DNA of 64,000 nt from Candidatus Heimdallarchaeota archaeon (GCA_048881705.1 JBHLSH010000001.1:1-64000), one strand, 5' to 3'; positions 20,160 through 30,652 are shown, numbered from the stretch's first letter. Made by a program: numbers and translations. The notes: generated by a model not told the origin, from the sequence alone.

Positions 20160-21458
20160 CTACTCTAGGAGATGTTGGAGACTCTGAATGATCTCCGTCG
20201 TGGGGATATCACGAATCTGGATTGAGGTAACACGTCCCAGAGATCGTCCATTTTTGTGATGACGGTTTTCTACGGTTTGATGAATTAGCCCTAAGCGAGC
20301 AAGATCCTTAATGTATGCCCAAACTTGTGTGTGTCGTCTTGGCCGAATCCTAGCTTGTTCACATAACGCTGAATACGCTGCTTTAACTTCAGGCGTTGTG
20401 ACACAATTTTTCATACCGTCGTTGTGAAGTAATTGGGCAATACTGAGAAGAAGGATCTTTTGATGGGTGTTCAGATCCTCTACGAACGATTTTTCCACGG
20501 GTTGAACACTAACCATAGCTTGTCGCACATGTTCCGCTGAAATCTCATTGACCTTGTTATGGTCGGCGACCTTTGCAGCCCGCCATAGAAGTTCAATGGC
20601 AAATCTGGCATCCCCATATTCTTCCGACAAACCAGCGATAGTTTCAATGAGCTCATCAGTATAACTTTCTTCCCTTAATCCTTGTTTTGCCCTATAATCT
20701 ATGATATCAAAAAGCTGGTAACGAGTGTACGGAGCGAACGTGATCCAGTTCTTACCTAGGGAGGAAGCTGTGGAGGAATCAAGGTAGTGTCGAAAATTGG
20801 GGTCACGTGTGATAGCCAGGAGGTTAAATCGGGATTCTGTGTCACGATTACTCTGGCCAGGCGTCTCGCGGTATGGATGACTTTCCTCTAACCGACTTAG
20901 TGCATACAAGAAATCGGTTCGTTCATCAGGAATGAGATAGTCAATCTCATCTAACACAAGTAAACTAACGAAATTCTGCTCGTAAAGTAACATAGTGAAA
21001 ATCCGTAACAATTCTTCTACACTGTATCCCCGGAGCGGAAAACCAGGAATGAGAAGCCGTAGTATTGTTGTTAGAATTAGATGAGGAGTTTTGGTTTTTC
21101 GACAGTTGATGTGGAAGAATCGAAAGAGAGGATTTCCAGGTTGGTGCTCTGAATACAGATGATTTGTCAAATCGTTACAAAAGGCTCGTGAAACCAGGGT
21201 TTTTCCCGTCCCCACTGGCCCATATAGTACAACTTTTCGGGACGAGGATACAGGATTGGTAATAATAGAACGATAGAGATTAGCAAGTGTCCGCATTTCC
21301 TCTTCTCGATGATGGATCTTATGAGGAATGAATTGCGGACTAAAAGCAATCTCTCCTACCATTTCACCTGCGTTCGGATCTTCCATCTTAAAAACGGATG
21401 TAGTGGATCCAAACAACTCACTAAATGTTGACATTTTTTTCCCACGGTCATTTTCCAT
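20160..21458 (-). CDS. cdc6: Cdc6/Orc1 replication initiator (the real start may be the ATG at 21434)
   Basis: FIPHKIHHREEE, Walker A GPVGTGKT, HINCR, Walker B LVLDEID, FAPYT, GDARFAI, C-terminal winged helix. Confidence 0.92.
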   Translation of the reverse strand: MENDRGKKMSTFSELFGSTTSVFKMEDPNAGEMVGEIAFSPQFIPHKIHHREEEMRTLANLYRSIITNPVSSSRKVVLYGPVGTGKTLVSRAFCNDLTNHLYSEHQPGNPLFRFFHINCRKTKTPHLILTTILRLLIPGFPLRGYSVEELLRIFTMLLYEQNFVSLLVLDEIDYLIPDERTDFLYALSRLEESHPYRETPGQSNRDTESRFNLLAITRDPNFRHYLDSSTASSLGKNWITFAPYTRYQLFDIIDYRAKQGLREESYTDELIETIAGLSEEYGDARFAIELLWRAAKVADHNKVNEISAEHVRQAMVSVQPVEKSFVEDLNTHQKILLLSIAQLLHNDGMKNCVTTPEVKAAYSALCEQARIRPRRHTQVWAYIKDLARLGLIHQTVENRHHKNGRSLGRVTSIQIRDIPTTEIIQSLQHLLE

Positions 21459-21468
21459 ATTTTGTCGG

Positions 21469-21792
21469 CTAAGGTTTGCTCAACTGTGGGTCAGATTCAT
21501 GTTTGAGTAGTGCATTTCTTTGCGAGAATAAAAAGGCGTTCATGGGTATTTTCAAAATAGTTTGCGAGTCAGTGTTGAAAAAGGTAAAAACGACTCTTGG
21601 CTTTCTCATGGAATTAGGATTCCTCCCATGAGAACTATAAAAAAATTCCAGATCATCAAGGAAAACGACTCTTCCAAGATTATTATGAACTTGCGTGCGA
21701 TTCAGGTTTACCTCCAGGGATTGATCAACTTCTCCCTTATTTGATTCGTTTAGATTCGAGATTCTTATCCACAGAAAATGAGTTAGAGACAT
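21469..21792 (-). CDS. Hypothetical protein (107 aa) upstream of cdc6
   Basis: ATG ORF ending 10 nt before cdc6 on the same strand; no motif. Confidence 0.45.
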   Translation of the reverse strand: MSLTHFLWIRISNLNESNKGEVDQSLEVNLNRTQVHNNLGRVVFLDDLEFFYSSHGRNPNSMRKPRVVFTFFNTDSQTILKIPMNAFLFSQRNALLKHESDPQLSKP

Positions 21793-22333
21793 AACTGAAA
21801 GTGATGAATATCTTACTCCTTCTTATTGGGGGTATGTGGGTAGATTCTGTGACCCTATTTTGGGATCTAGCCACCTAGGTTGCAAGCAGAGGTAATTATG
21901 GATGGATAAGAGATAGAAAGATCCTTGAATAATGAAACTCTGGCGGGATTTATCTGATTTAATTTTGTTTGACGTCCAGCATGGAGTACTTTGGTTAAAT
22001 CATGAGTTTCGTTTCTACCTGTCAATGAACAGCTGAGGGAGGTCATCGAAAATGACGAAAATGTCCCCAATTCTTCTATATCAGATACAAATGGGAGGCC
22101 CATGGATTAACCTTATGGATATGACCTTTTTCACACGATCATGGAGGAATTTCCTAGGAGTTGGATTCTCGATTGGAGGGCGTTCCTCAAGGAACGACCT
22201 ACCAGCTGTAAGAAGTTTAAACCTTGTATAATCTGAGGAATTCTTTCATCATTCACTCTGTTTGCTTAAAAACGTCGAATGACCTTGAATTCATAACCGT
22301 AAGACCCAATAGGAGATTGAGGCGAAGTCTGTA

Positions 22334-23416
22334 ATGCCCCCACGCAAAAAGACAACTAATAAAAACACAGGAGAGAGCGCTACTCAAGAAGAGCTGCCAG
22401 TCCAAACAACAACTGGATCTGCATCAAGCGTTAACACTACAGCAAAGGAACCTAAAATCGAGAGCATCTCTGATTTGCCAGGTATAGGTCCTGCAACAGC
22501 CAAAAAGCTACAAGACTCAGGATTTGGAACTATGGCCTCATTGGCAACAGTATCTGTGGGTGAACTAGTGGCTGTAGGGAATCTGGGTGAAGCAAGTGCA
22601 CGTAAGATAATTCAAGCTGCCCGAGATGCGCTTGATTTCGGATTCATTTCCGCCGAGGAAATCCTGGAACGCCGCAGAAACATGTTAAAAATCACCACAG
22701 GATCAGCAAACCTCGATGATCTCTTTGGTGGAGGGGTAGAAACTGGATCCATGACTGAATTTTATGGAGAATTTAGGACTGGAAAAACCCAGATAGCCCA
22801 CCAGCTATGTGTGGCGGCTCAATTACCTAGAGAAATGGGAGGCTTAAAAACTGATGATACAGCAGTAAAGGTTATTTACATCGATACAGAAGGCACTTTT
22901 CGCCCTGAACGAATTCTCAACATGGCAAAACGATGGGATGGTGTACTAGACATCAAGGGAACCCTGAAAAATATTTTTCATGGGAGAGCGTACAATTCTG
23001 ATCATCAAATGGTTTTAGCAGAGAAAGTGGCCAGAGATATGCAAACGGAACGAATTGGTTTACTCGTAGTAGACTCTTTGATTGCCCACTTCCGAGCAGA
23101 GTACGTGGGACGGGGAACTCTGGCAGGCAGGCAGCAGAAACTCAATCAACACATCCATACTCTCCTAAAGATTGCAGAAGTAGGGGGTGTTGCAGTAATC
23201 GTCACGAATCAGGTTCATAGTAAACCAGATATGTTTTTTGGTGACCCGACTGCTCCTGTCGGGGGAAATATAGTAGCTCATGCTAGCCAAACTCGTGTTT
23301 ATCTAAGAAAATCGAAAGGAGAACGGCGAATAGCTCGGATTGCGGACTCACCTTTACTCCCCGAGAATGAAACAGTGTTTGCCATAACTGGGGATGGAAT
23401 TATGGACGTTTCGTAA
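22334..23416 (+). CDS. radA: DNA repair and recombination protein RadA (Rad51-like)
   Basis: HhH DLPGIGPATAKKL, ITTGS..LDDLFGGGVETG, GEFRTGKTQ, YIDTEGTFRPER, DSLIAHFRAEYVGRG, YLRKSKGERRIA. Confidence 0.97.
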   Translation: MPPRKKTTNKNTGESATQEELPVQTTTGSASSVNTTAKEPKIESISDLPGIGPATAKKLQDSGFGTMASLATVSVGELVAVGNLGEASARKIIQAARDALDFGFISAEEILERRRNMLKITTGSANLDDLFGGGVETGSMTEFYGEFRTGKTQIAHQLCVAAQLPREMGGLKTDDTAVKVIYIDTEGTFRPERILNMAKRWDGVLDIKGTLKNIFHGRAYNSDHQMVLAEKVARDMQTERIGLLVVDSLIAHFRAEYVGRGTLAGRQQKLNQHIHTLLKIAEVGGVAVIVTNQVHSKPDMFFGDPTAPVGGNIVAHASQTRVYLRKSKGERRIARIADSPLLPENETVFAITGDGIMDVS

Positions 23417-23752
23417 CCTTTCCTTGGAAGTCACCCATCTTTTCTGCAATAATTCTTTTCTTTCTTCTCTATCATTTAATTCATAAAAACAGAGATTTCC
23501 AATGTTTTGTTTCTTATAGCTTGTGTTCTTATTTGCTTATTTATCAATAGAAAACCAATATCTTATAGGTTCAAAAAGCGAACTAGTATTAATTCACGCG
23601 TGGTCATTTCTCATAATTCTTGACAGTAGTCTTATAAGAAACCCTTTTTTTTTTGAAAATTATCCTCCCCTTCACGTTAGAAAATCACTAGATTTATCCT
23701 TAAAGGTTTTTAGCGGTTACGTCTCAACAATAATAAACCTCAGTGATTTAAT

Positions 23753-24982
23753 TTGCAGAGAAATGTAGAAGAGGATATTCCCGACAGAATAAAAAGCTTA
23801 ATAATGAATAAACACCTTGAAAAACCCATTGAAGACTATACCAGGGAAGAGCTCGTAAATTTATCTGCTCAGGCTATTTATGGAATTGGTACCTTTTATG
23901 CGAAAAAATTAAGACGTAAAAGTAATGTTAAAACGATTGCTGAGTTAGCTCATCTAGATATTACCAGTTCGAGCGAACTAGGTATAAAGCCCAAGCTTTT
24001 AGAGAAGTGGACTCTAGCTGCATCTATTATTAACGATTACGTGCAAGGTACTGGTGTTTTAACCACTCGTCGCATTTGTATTGCGGGATTAAGTGCCGCA
24101 GGTAAGAGTAGTCTTATCCGGACCCTGCAGAAACAGGAAACGACCCCTGTCGATCGGCCGACTTTGGGTTTATCTCTCGAAAACCTGACATTCTTAGGAC
24201 TAAGGATTGCGGTTTGGGATTTAGGAGGTCAATCAAGATTTCGGGATATGTACTTAAGTGCTCCGGGGCAATATTTATCTCATACTATGCTCTTACTTTA
24301 TGTGGTAGACTCGCAGAACGCAACTTTGGCAGTTGAAAATGCACGATATCTTGATGAACTTCTGATCAAACTCAAGTACCTAAAGGAATTTCCCAAAGTA
24401 TACCTAACTCTACATAAATACGATCCAAATCTTGATGAAAACTCTCTCAACAGCTCAATTGATACTATTCTAGCCAAAATAAACCCAGTTTTTGTCAAAC
24501 ACGGGTTACCTAGATATCGTGTTGTACGAACGAGTATTTACGATGTCGAAGGACTGGTGTACCTTTTTTCTAGGATTTTTGCTGATGTTTCACCTCTCAG
24601 CAAAATTCTTTCAGATTCTCTTGCATTTTACTGTGAATCACATGGGATCATCGCTAGTTATCTGATGACAGAAGCCTGCTTTATTGCAGCAGAATGGACT
24701 AATCAATTAACAGACAAGCAAAATGAAGAAATTTTTCTGGAAATCATGGAGAACATACGAAAAGAAGTCTATGAAAGCCCAAAAAAGCATAAATCCTTGG
24801 CATTTGCCAGTCATAGTAAAAGATTCTTTGTAACAATTGATCGAATAGAATTTGATGAGATTAAGCTATTTCTATGTTCTATTAATCAAAGTCTTAGGAC
24901 TTCTGATGATCTAGAGATGATAGCTCTCCGTAAAGAAATTCGGCCATGGATCATGAACTTCTTCTCCATTTTGACTGGCTGA
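23753..24982 (+). CDS. Rag-like small GTPase with N-terminal HhH-like domain and C-terminal roadblock/longin-like domain
   Basis: G1 GLSAAGKSS, G2 PTLG, G3 WDLGGQ, G4 HKYD, G5 TSIYD; N-terminal AIYGIGTFYAKKL; ~130-aa alpha/beta C-domain. Confidence 0.8.
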   Translation: MQRNVEEDIPDRIKSLIMNKHLEKPIEDYTREELVNLSAQAIYGIGTFYAKKLRRKSNVKTIAELAHLDITSSSELGIKPKLLEKWTLAASIINDYVQGTGVLTTRRICIAGLSAAGKSSLIRTLQKQETTPVDRPTLGLSLENLTFLGLRIAVWDLGGQSRFRDMYLSAPGQYLSHTMLLLYVVDSQNATLAVENARYLDELLIKLKYLKEFPKVYLTLHKYDPNLDENSLNSSIDTILAKINPVFVKHGLPRYRVVRTSIYDVEGLVYLFSRIFADVSPLSKILSDSLAFYCESHGIIASYLMTEACFIAAEWTNQLTDKQNEEIFLEIMENIRKEVYESPKKHKSLAFASHSKRFFVTIDRIEFDEIKLFLCSINQSLRTSDDLEMIALRKEIRPWIMNFFSILTG

Positions 24983-25112
24983 CTTGTATCCGATAGGCAA
25001 GTTAGTTCTTGGAAACGAAGAAGATCCAAAGAAGAACTGCTTTTACTGTGAAATCCGAATTACACTTCCCGAATCTTTTAAATCGGGTTATCTCTGACCA
25101 CGGGGGGGACTT

Positions 25113-25517
25113 TTGCTGACTCGGTTGATCTCTGGGTATGCTGGAAATGTAGCGATTGTGGATTACATAAAACTTACATTCGAGATAACAGACATGGTGA
25201 AAATGATGGAGGGATTCACAGGGGAAACCATGACCAACATAGATCTCAGAACTAAAGCGCACCAAATTTGGTTGCTTACTCGGATTATCAATGAACGGGA
25301 ATGCGAGAAAAGCCCCATAGAATATGATGTTCTACCATAACGACATATGAAAGATCCTCTTCCAACAGGGAGAGCAATAAATCGAACTGCGTTCGTAAGT
25401 GAAAAGGATTTCGTAGCGCCCCGAGCTACATTGTACGAATTGCGAGATTTAAATGAATTTGGTGTGGTCAAACCATCTGTAAGAGAACCAATGCTTTCAA
25501 AGCTCGCATTGAATTAG
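25113..25517 (+). pseudogene. Possible interrupted ORF (75 aa and 56 aa in the same frame, split by TAA 25338-25340)
   Basis: Manual translation: the frame continues after TAA as RHMKDPLPTG..RATLYELRDLNEFGVVK until TAG at 25515-25517; only weakly winged-helix-like. Confidence 0.2.
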
Positions 25518-25681
25518 AGGCAATAGCTATTAATCTGAATACGAGAGTAGTCCATTAATTTAGGAAAGAGATAAGCGTTCAATCGTTGCGAGAATGGGTA
25601 GTTATCCTTTTTATGAAAAATGCCTTATATACCAAAATCACTGTGTATTAGTGGAAATGGTTTTTTTTAACCTATCACCAA

Positions 25682-27214
25682 ATGAGGAGTTATAGGCGTT
25701 TGGCAGCAGAGAGGTACATTGGGGCGGTTGATCAGGGTACAACTGGAACCCGTTTCATGTTATTTAACAGCAAAAGCCAACTTATGGGATCACACTATAA
25801 GGAACATGAGCAAATATTTCCTCATCCGGGCTGGGTAGAACACGATCCGCTAGAAATCTGGAATAACACCCAATTTGTGATTCGTAAAACACTAAAGAAA
25901 ACGGGAATCACTTTAAAGGATATCGCCGCAATTGGAGTTACTAATCAGCGCGAAACTACTGTTGTTTTTGATAAGATAACCGGCACCCCGGTTTATAACG
26001 CTATTGTGTGGCAATGTGTCCGAACTGCGAAAATTTGTCAAACTCTTAAAGAGAAAGGATTGGATCCTCTGATTCAAGAACGTACGGGCTTAGTAGTTGC
26101 GACTTATTTCTCTGGGCCTAAAATACGTTGGATCTTGGATCACGTTCCGCATGCCCAGGCCAAAGCACAAAGAGGGGAACTTCTGTTCGGAAACATCGAC
26201 ACCTGGATCATCTGGAACTTAACAGGCGGGGTTACTGGGGGGAGTCACGTGACCGACGTCTCCAATGCCTCCCGTACCATGCTAATGGATTTAAAAACCT
26301 TAAACTGGGATCAGGAACTCTGTGACAATATGGGGATCCCAATGAACATGCTTCCAGAAATAAAGCCCTCTAGTGATGCCACCACATATGGGCAGACGTT
26401 TCTCTCGGGTTTATCAGGGAATCCCGTCGTTTCAGGAAATCTAGGGGATCAACAGGCCGCGTTATTTGGGCAAACCTGCTTTAGCCCTGGTGACGCAAAA
26501 AATACCTATGGAACAGGAAATTTTTTGCTTCTGAACACTGGTAATAAGATAGTGCATTCAAAATCGGGACTCATTACAACTGTGGCTTACGGAGTTGGTA
26601 GTAATGAAATTACGTATGCATTAGAAGGCAGTGTAGCTATTACTGGTGCTGCGATCCAATGGCTTAGGGATCAGTTGCAAATCATCTCAGATGCGGTAGA
26701 AAGCGAAGAATTAGCCCGTTCGGTTCCTGATAATGGTGGGGTCTACTTCGTTCCTGCTTTTGTCGGTTTGTTTTCCCCTTACTGGGATACAACTGCCCGT
26801 GGAACATTAGTTGGGTTGACTCGTGGAAGTAATCGAGCTCACATCGCGCGGGCAGTCTTGGAGTCAATAGCATTCCAGTCTTATGACGTGTTCCGAGCCA
26901 TGGAAGAAGATAGCGGCTTAAAATTGGAGTCTTTACGGGTTGATGGAGGGGCGTCCAAGAATAACCTCCTTATGCAGATCCAAGCTGACTTGCTGGGAAT
27001 TGAATGCATACGGCCAAAAATCGAAGAAACAACTGCTTTGGGAGCGGCGTTTGCTGCAGGTCTTGCTATAGGATATTGGGATAGTCTTGAAGAGTTGCGC
27101 AATACATGGGTCATAGATGAAGTTTTTAAACCCAAAATGGATTCTCAGAAGAGACAGGAGATGATCCACTTCTGGAATAAGGCTGTATCCCGAGCTAAAG
27201 GGTGGGTGGATTGA
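25682..27214 (+). CDS. glpK: Glycerol kinase
   Basis: DQGTTGTR, GWVEHDP, TNQRETT, YFSGPK, TDVSNASRT, GDQQAALFG, KNTYGTG, LRVDGG. Confidence 0.95.
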   Translation: MRSYRRLAAERYIGAVDQGTTGTRFMLFNSKSQLMGSHYKEHEQIFPHPGWVEHDPLEIWNNTQFVIRKTLKKTGITLKDIAAIGVTNQRETTVVFDKITGTPVYNAIVWQCVRTAKICQTLKEKGLDPLIQERTGLVVATYFSGPKIRWILDHVPHAQAKAQRGELLFGNIDTWIIWNLTGGVTGGSHVTDVSNASRTMLMDLKTLNWDQELCDNMGIPMNMLPEIKPSSDATTYGQTFLSGLSGNPVVSGNLGDQQAALFGQTCFSPGDAKNTYGTGNFLLLNTGNKIVHSKSGLITTVAYGVGSNEITYALEGSVAITGAAIQWLRDQLQIISDAVESEELARSVPDNGGVYFVPAFVGLFSPYWDTTARGTLVGLTRGSNRAHIARAVLESIAFQSYDVFRAMEEDSGLKLESLRVDGGASKNNLLMQIQADLLGIECIRPKIEETTALGAAFAAGLAIGYWDSLEELRNTWVIDEVFKPKMDSQKRQEMIHFWNKAVSRAKGWVD

Positions 27215-27229
27215 AATCCATGTTAATCC

Positions 27230-27979
27230 TTACTTTTCCTCAATAAAGAATAGATGAATGTGCTTTTCTAACTCAAGGAGTGACGAATAGATCGCATCGG
27301 GATTGGTCTGTTCTAAGATTGGCCTAAGCCCAAAACCAGTTGTTAGCCCAATAGTAGTGATTCCGATATTCTTGCCGGAAATGATATCACCTCCGAGATC
27401 TCCGACAATTGCCATTTCCCTAGGTGTATCTGTCATTTCCCATTTTCTTAAAAAGTGAACGATTGCATCTTCCTTGTTCTTACCAAGATCTTCTCCCGCC
27501 AGAATGTGACCTGATGGAAAATATGGGGTACGTTTTAGGTGAGTTTCTAGGAAGATCTGGATCTTTCTTCGAGACGTGTGACTAACTATCGCAAGCTTGA
27601 TTTTTGCTGTATGAAGCTGTTTTAGGGCAAATACGGCATCAGGAGTGGGTTGCGCTTTAGAGAATTGAGTCAAATGATTTTTGCGTACATAATTCACTGC
27701 ACTCAAGGCTTTGGCGCGGCCAATACCCAATGCCCGCGCAACCTGATATACGGTTGTAATAATTCTCCACTTGACGTTTCGTACAGTAGGGGCGAGTTTT
27801 GAGAAACTTAGATCATCTGCCAGGAGTACCAGTTCCTCGGGATCTTTACGCAAGTAAAAGGCAGCCAATTCGAAATAAAAACGCTTGGTATCCACTATCG
27901 TTCCGTCAAAATCGAGTAGAAGTGCACGAATCGGAGTATAAACGATTTGTTTTGAGTGTGACATAACAAACAGTCCCAA
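27230..27979 (-). CDS. HAD-superfamily hydrolase (phosphoglycolate phosphatase-like)
   Basis: LLDFDGTIVDT, IVSHT, IVGDLGGDIISG. Confidence 0.85.
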   Translation of the reverse strand: MGLFVMSHSKQIVYTPIRALLLDFDGTIVDTKRFYFELAAFYLRKDPEELVLLADDLSFSKLAPTVRNVKWRIITTVYQVARALGIGRAKALSAVNYVRKNHLTQFSKAQPTPDAVFALKQLHTAKIKLAIVSHTSRRKIQIFLETHLKRTPYFPSGHILAGEDLGKNKEDAIVHFLRKWEMTDTPREMAIVGDLGGDIISGKNIGITTIGLTTGFGLRPILEQTNPDAIYSSLLELEKHIHLFFIEEK

Positions 27980-28156
27980 ACATTCTTTAAACTCTAAAGT
28001 TGGGAGTAGATTGCCTGTTGTTACTGATTGGGAGGATATGACAACGAGGAAACTGGCGGTAGAAGCGCTTTTTATTATCTTCTTTTGGATCGCCTGATTG
28101 CGATTTAGATTGATTTAATCGTTTTTTCTTTGTCTTGATAACCGAGGTCCTAATGA

Positions 28157-29131
28157 ATGCGTTTTAACAGGAACGATCCTCTCAGCCCACTCCTGCCCTC
28201 CAAAACCGCCATTTGGGATGCCCATACTCATATTTGGGATGCTGAAGCATTCACAGATCTCGAAAAGTGGGGTAAATTCTACGGAGTTAAGCGATTTCTT
28301 GGGATCGCACAACCTGATGTCAAAAAGTCGCTTGAAGATAGAGGTAAGAATTCCGAAATTGTCTTTGCTTATTATTTATCTCCTCAAGCATTTGCAGAGC
28401 AGGAACCTGACAAACTTCTTGATTATATTGACGAAGCACACACATTAGAGTATTCTATGGTCAAAATGTGGTTTGCTCCCCGTTTTCTGGATTTCTTCAA
28501 TGCAACAAAGCCCTTTTCGATCTCAGATCCCATCTTTGAACCTGTTTTTCACCGCATTGAGGAATACGATCTGCCGTTTGGTTGTCATGTTGCTGACCCA
28601 GATGTAGTATATGAGATCAAATATACGGAAGCAAAGTATCGAACAAAGACCCAGGCCTTGAATGAGTTTTTAACAGTCCTTAGACGTCATCCACGTCTTC
28701 GAGGTGTAAGCATTCATTTTGGCAGCCTTCCAGAGATTCAACACCATAATTTCTTGAGTTCCATCCTAGATGATTTTCCGAGTCTCTACATCGATACTGC
28801 GTCTTCCAAGTGGATTATCCGAGAATTAGGCCAGAATATTGAACGGACTCGGAGCTTTATCACTCGTTATCAGAGACGGATTTTATTCGCAACTGATTTA
28901 ATGTGTGGTTATCCTTTTAGCCCAGACAGGAGGCCAGATGATTATTATGCGTCTCGATACTGGGCACAACGACTATTTTGGGAAACTGATGTACGTGATG
29001 TGGAACTTCCTTTTCCTGATGATGATAATCCACATCCTCCATCCCTAATTAATGGTTTAAAACTTAAGGCCGGTGTTTTAGATCGTCTTTATTGGAAAAA
29101 CGCAGTAGAATTCTTCAATGGCGCGACCTGA
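28157..29131 (+). CDS. Amidohydrolase family protein (Amidohydro_2-like)
   Basis: DAHTH, HVAD, SIHFG, YIDTA, RILFATD, NAVEFF. Confidence 0.8.
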   Translation: MRFNRNDPLSPLLPSKTAIWDAHTHIWDAEAFTDLEKWGKFYGVKRFLGIAQPDVKKSLEDRGKNSEIVFAYYLSPQAFAEQEPDKLLDYIDEAHTLEYSMVKMWFAPRFLDFFNATKPFSISDPIFEPVFHRIEEYDLPFGCHVADPDVVYEIKYTEAKYRTKTQALNEFLTVLRRHPRLRGVSIHFGSLPEIQHHNFLSSILDDFPSLYIDTASSKWIIRELGQNIERTRSFITRYQRRILFATDLMCGYPFSPDRRPDDYYASRYWAQRLFWETDVRDVELPFPDDDNPHPPSLINGLKLKAGVLDRLYWKNAVEFFNGAT

Positions 29132-29214
29132 ATCTTATTTGTTTTTCCGACTTTAAAATATGATTCAGAGCCTGCAATGTCCTCAAAATAACCATTTTAC
29201 TCCACCAAGGTTAT

Positions 29215-30432
29215 TTATTCGCTTAAAAGCTGATAAGATTTTTTTACTTCTTGAACGATGTCTGTTGAATGATCTCGATTTTTAGTTTCAAGAGCCAGAT
29301 GAATGACGCCATAGCCAAAAGGAAGCCTAGCTGAATACCTATCGAAATCGATATCTACAACATTTGCTTCAAGTGATGTGATTATTTCTAATAGCGCCTC
29401 CAACCGACCAGGTTTATCCTCAACCAAAACTTTTAGTTCTTGATACCTTCCCGACTTAAGTAAGCCTTGTGTTATAATTTTACCTAAAATAGTACTGTCG
29501 ATATTCCCACCACTTACAATTAGGACTGTTTTCTCCCCCTTTTTTGCGATGTCGTGATTTAAAAGAGCTGCGAGGGAAACAGCTCCTGCTCCTTCTGCTA
29601 TGGACTTGCAACGTTCCATTAAAAGGAGAATCGCCTCCGCTATCTCTTCTTCTTTAACAATAACAACATCATCAACGAGAGATTTCATTATTGAAAATGT
29701 AAATTTACTAGGACTCTTAATAGCGATACCATCAGCAATGGTGTTACCTTTTCCCGTTAAAGTTAATTTTCCTGTCTTGATTGATTGGTATGCTGCGTTC
29801 ATTTCCTCTGTTTGAACCCCTATCACTCGACAGGACGGATTTGTAGCTTTTATTCCACTTGCTATCCCAGAAATTAGACCTCCCCCACCTATTGGACAAA
29901 CTAACAAATCAATATCTGGAAGATCTTCTAAAATCTCCAAACCAATTGTCCCCTGACCCGCAGCGACATGATGGTCATCAAATGCATGGATCAGGGTTAA
30001 TTCACGATCTTTTGCTATTTCCAAGGCTCGTGAATAGGCTTCCTCAAAACTCTCACCAAATAATTCAACACCACCGCCATATCCTCTTGTAGCCTCTATT
30101 TTAGGAATAGGTGCACCTTTAGGCATCACAATTGTTGAGGGGATTCCAAACATAGCTGCTGCTACAGCCACGCCCTGAGCATGGTTACCCGTACTTACAG
30201 CAACTACTCCCTTTTTTCTTACAGATTCATCTATATGTGCGATTTTGTTGTATGCCCCTCTTACCTTAAACGATCCTGCCTTTTGAAGGTTCTCGTGTTT
30301 GAGATAAACTTCGCATCCAGTCATTTTAGAAAAAGTGGCGGAGTGATTCAAGGGAGTACGCTTTACATTATTATTCAAGATTCTTTTAGCTTCTATTATA
30401 GATTCAATCGAGAGAAGATCCAACGGGTACAC
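29215..30432 (-). CDS. ilvA: Threonine ammonia-lyase with C-terminal ACT domain
   Basis: KHENLQKAGSFKVRGA, STGNHAQG, GQGTIGLE, PIGGGGL, EGAGA, SGGNID, ACT domain DKPGRL; GTG start. Confidence 0.9.
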   Translation of the reverse strand: MYPLDLLSIESIIEAKRILNNNVKRTPLNHSATFSKMTGCEVYLKHENLQKAGSFKVRGAYNKIAHIDESVRKKGVVAVSTGNHAQGVAVAAAMFGIPSTIVMPKGAPIPKIEATRGYGGGVELFGESFEEAYSRALEIAKDRELTLIHAFDDHHVAAGQGTIGLEILEDLPDIDLLVCPIGGGGLISGIASGIKATNPSCRVIGVQTEEMNAAYQSIKTGKLTLTGKGNTIADGIAIKSPSKFTFSIMKSLVDDVVIVKEEEIAEAILLLMERCKSIAEGAGAVSLAALLNHDIAKKGEKTVLIVSGGNIDSTILGKIITQGLLKSGRYQELKVLVEDKPGRLEALLEIITSLEANVVDIDFDRYSARLPFGYGVIHLALETKNRDHSTDIVQEVKKSYQLLSE

Positions 30433-30438
30433 CTGTGC

Positions 30439-30585
30439 TCACGCGAAAATCCCATGCTGCGTTAAAATCTTAACCAGCAAATCATGAGCTTCTTCATAGC
30501 ATGCCTGAAGCTCCTCGCCACATTCTTCATAGAATTCTTTTAAACTGTCTAAAAGTTCACGATATTTCGATTCTTGGTTGTTCAT
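30439..30585 (-). CDS. Small acidic helical protein (48 aa), not in the ORF track
   Basis: MNNQESKYRELLDSLKEFYEECGEELQACYEEAHDLLVKILTQHGIFA*, with AGGTGA SD upstream; fills the gap between two co-oriented genes. Confidence 0.6.
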   Translation of the reverse strand: MNNQESKYRELLDSLKEFYEECGEELQACYEEAHDLLVKILTQHGIFA

Positions 30586-30652
30586 TTGTTCACCTAGTTC
30601 GATCGGTCCTTTTTTTTCTTGATGGATATTTATGCTTCATATGATGGGATTA

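Noticed and set aside
21793-22333. Replication origin next to cdc6 (about 540-nt divergent gap before radA)
   Set aside because: I found no repeated ORB-like TCCA-N2-GGAAAC boxes or clear AT-rich unwinding element by eye. Isolated TCC..GGAAA look-alikes (e.g. ~40199, ~56724) are single and scattered. GC-skew or motif analysis would be needed.
25002-25471. Minus-strand ORFs 25002..25265 and 25163..25471
   Set aside because: They overlap each other and the + strand candidate, with no motif or SD; none can be supported.
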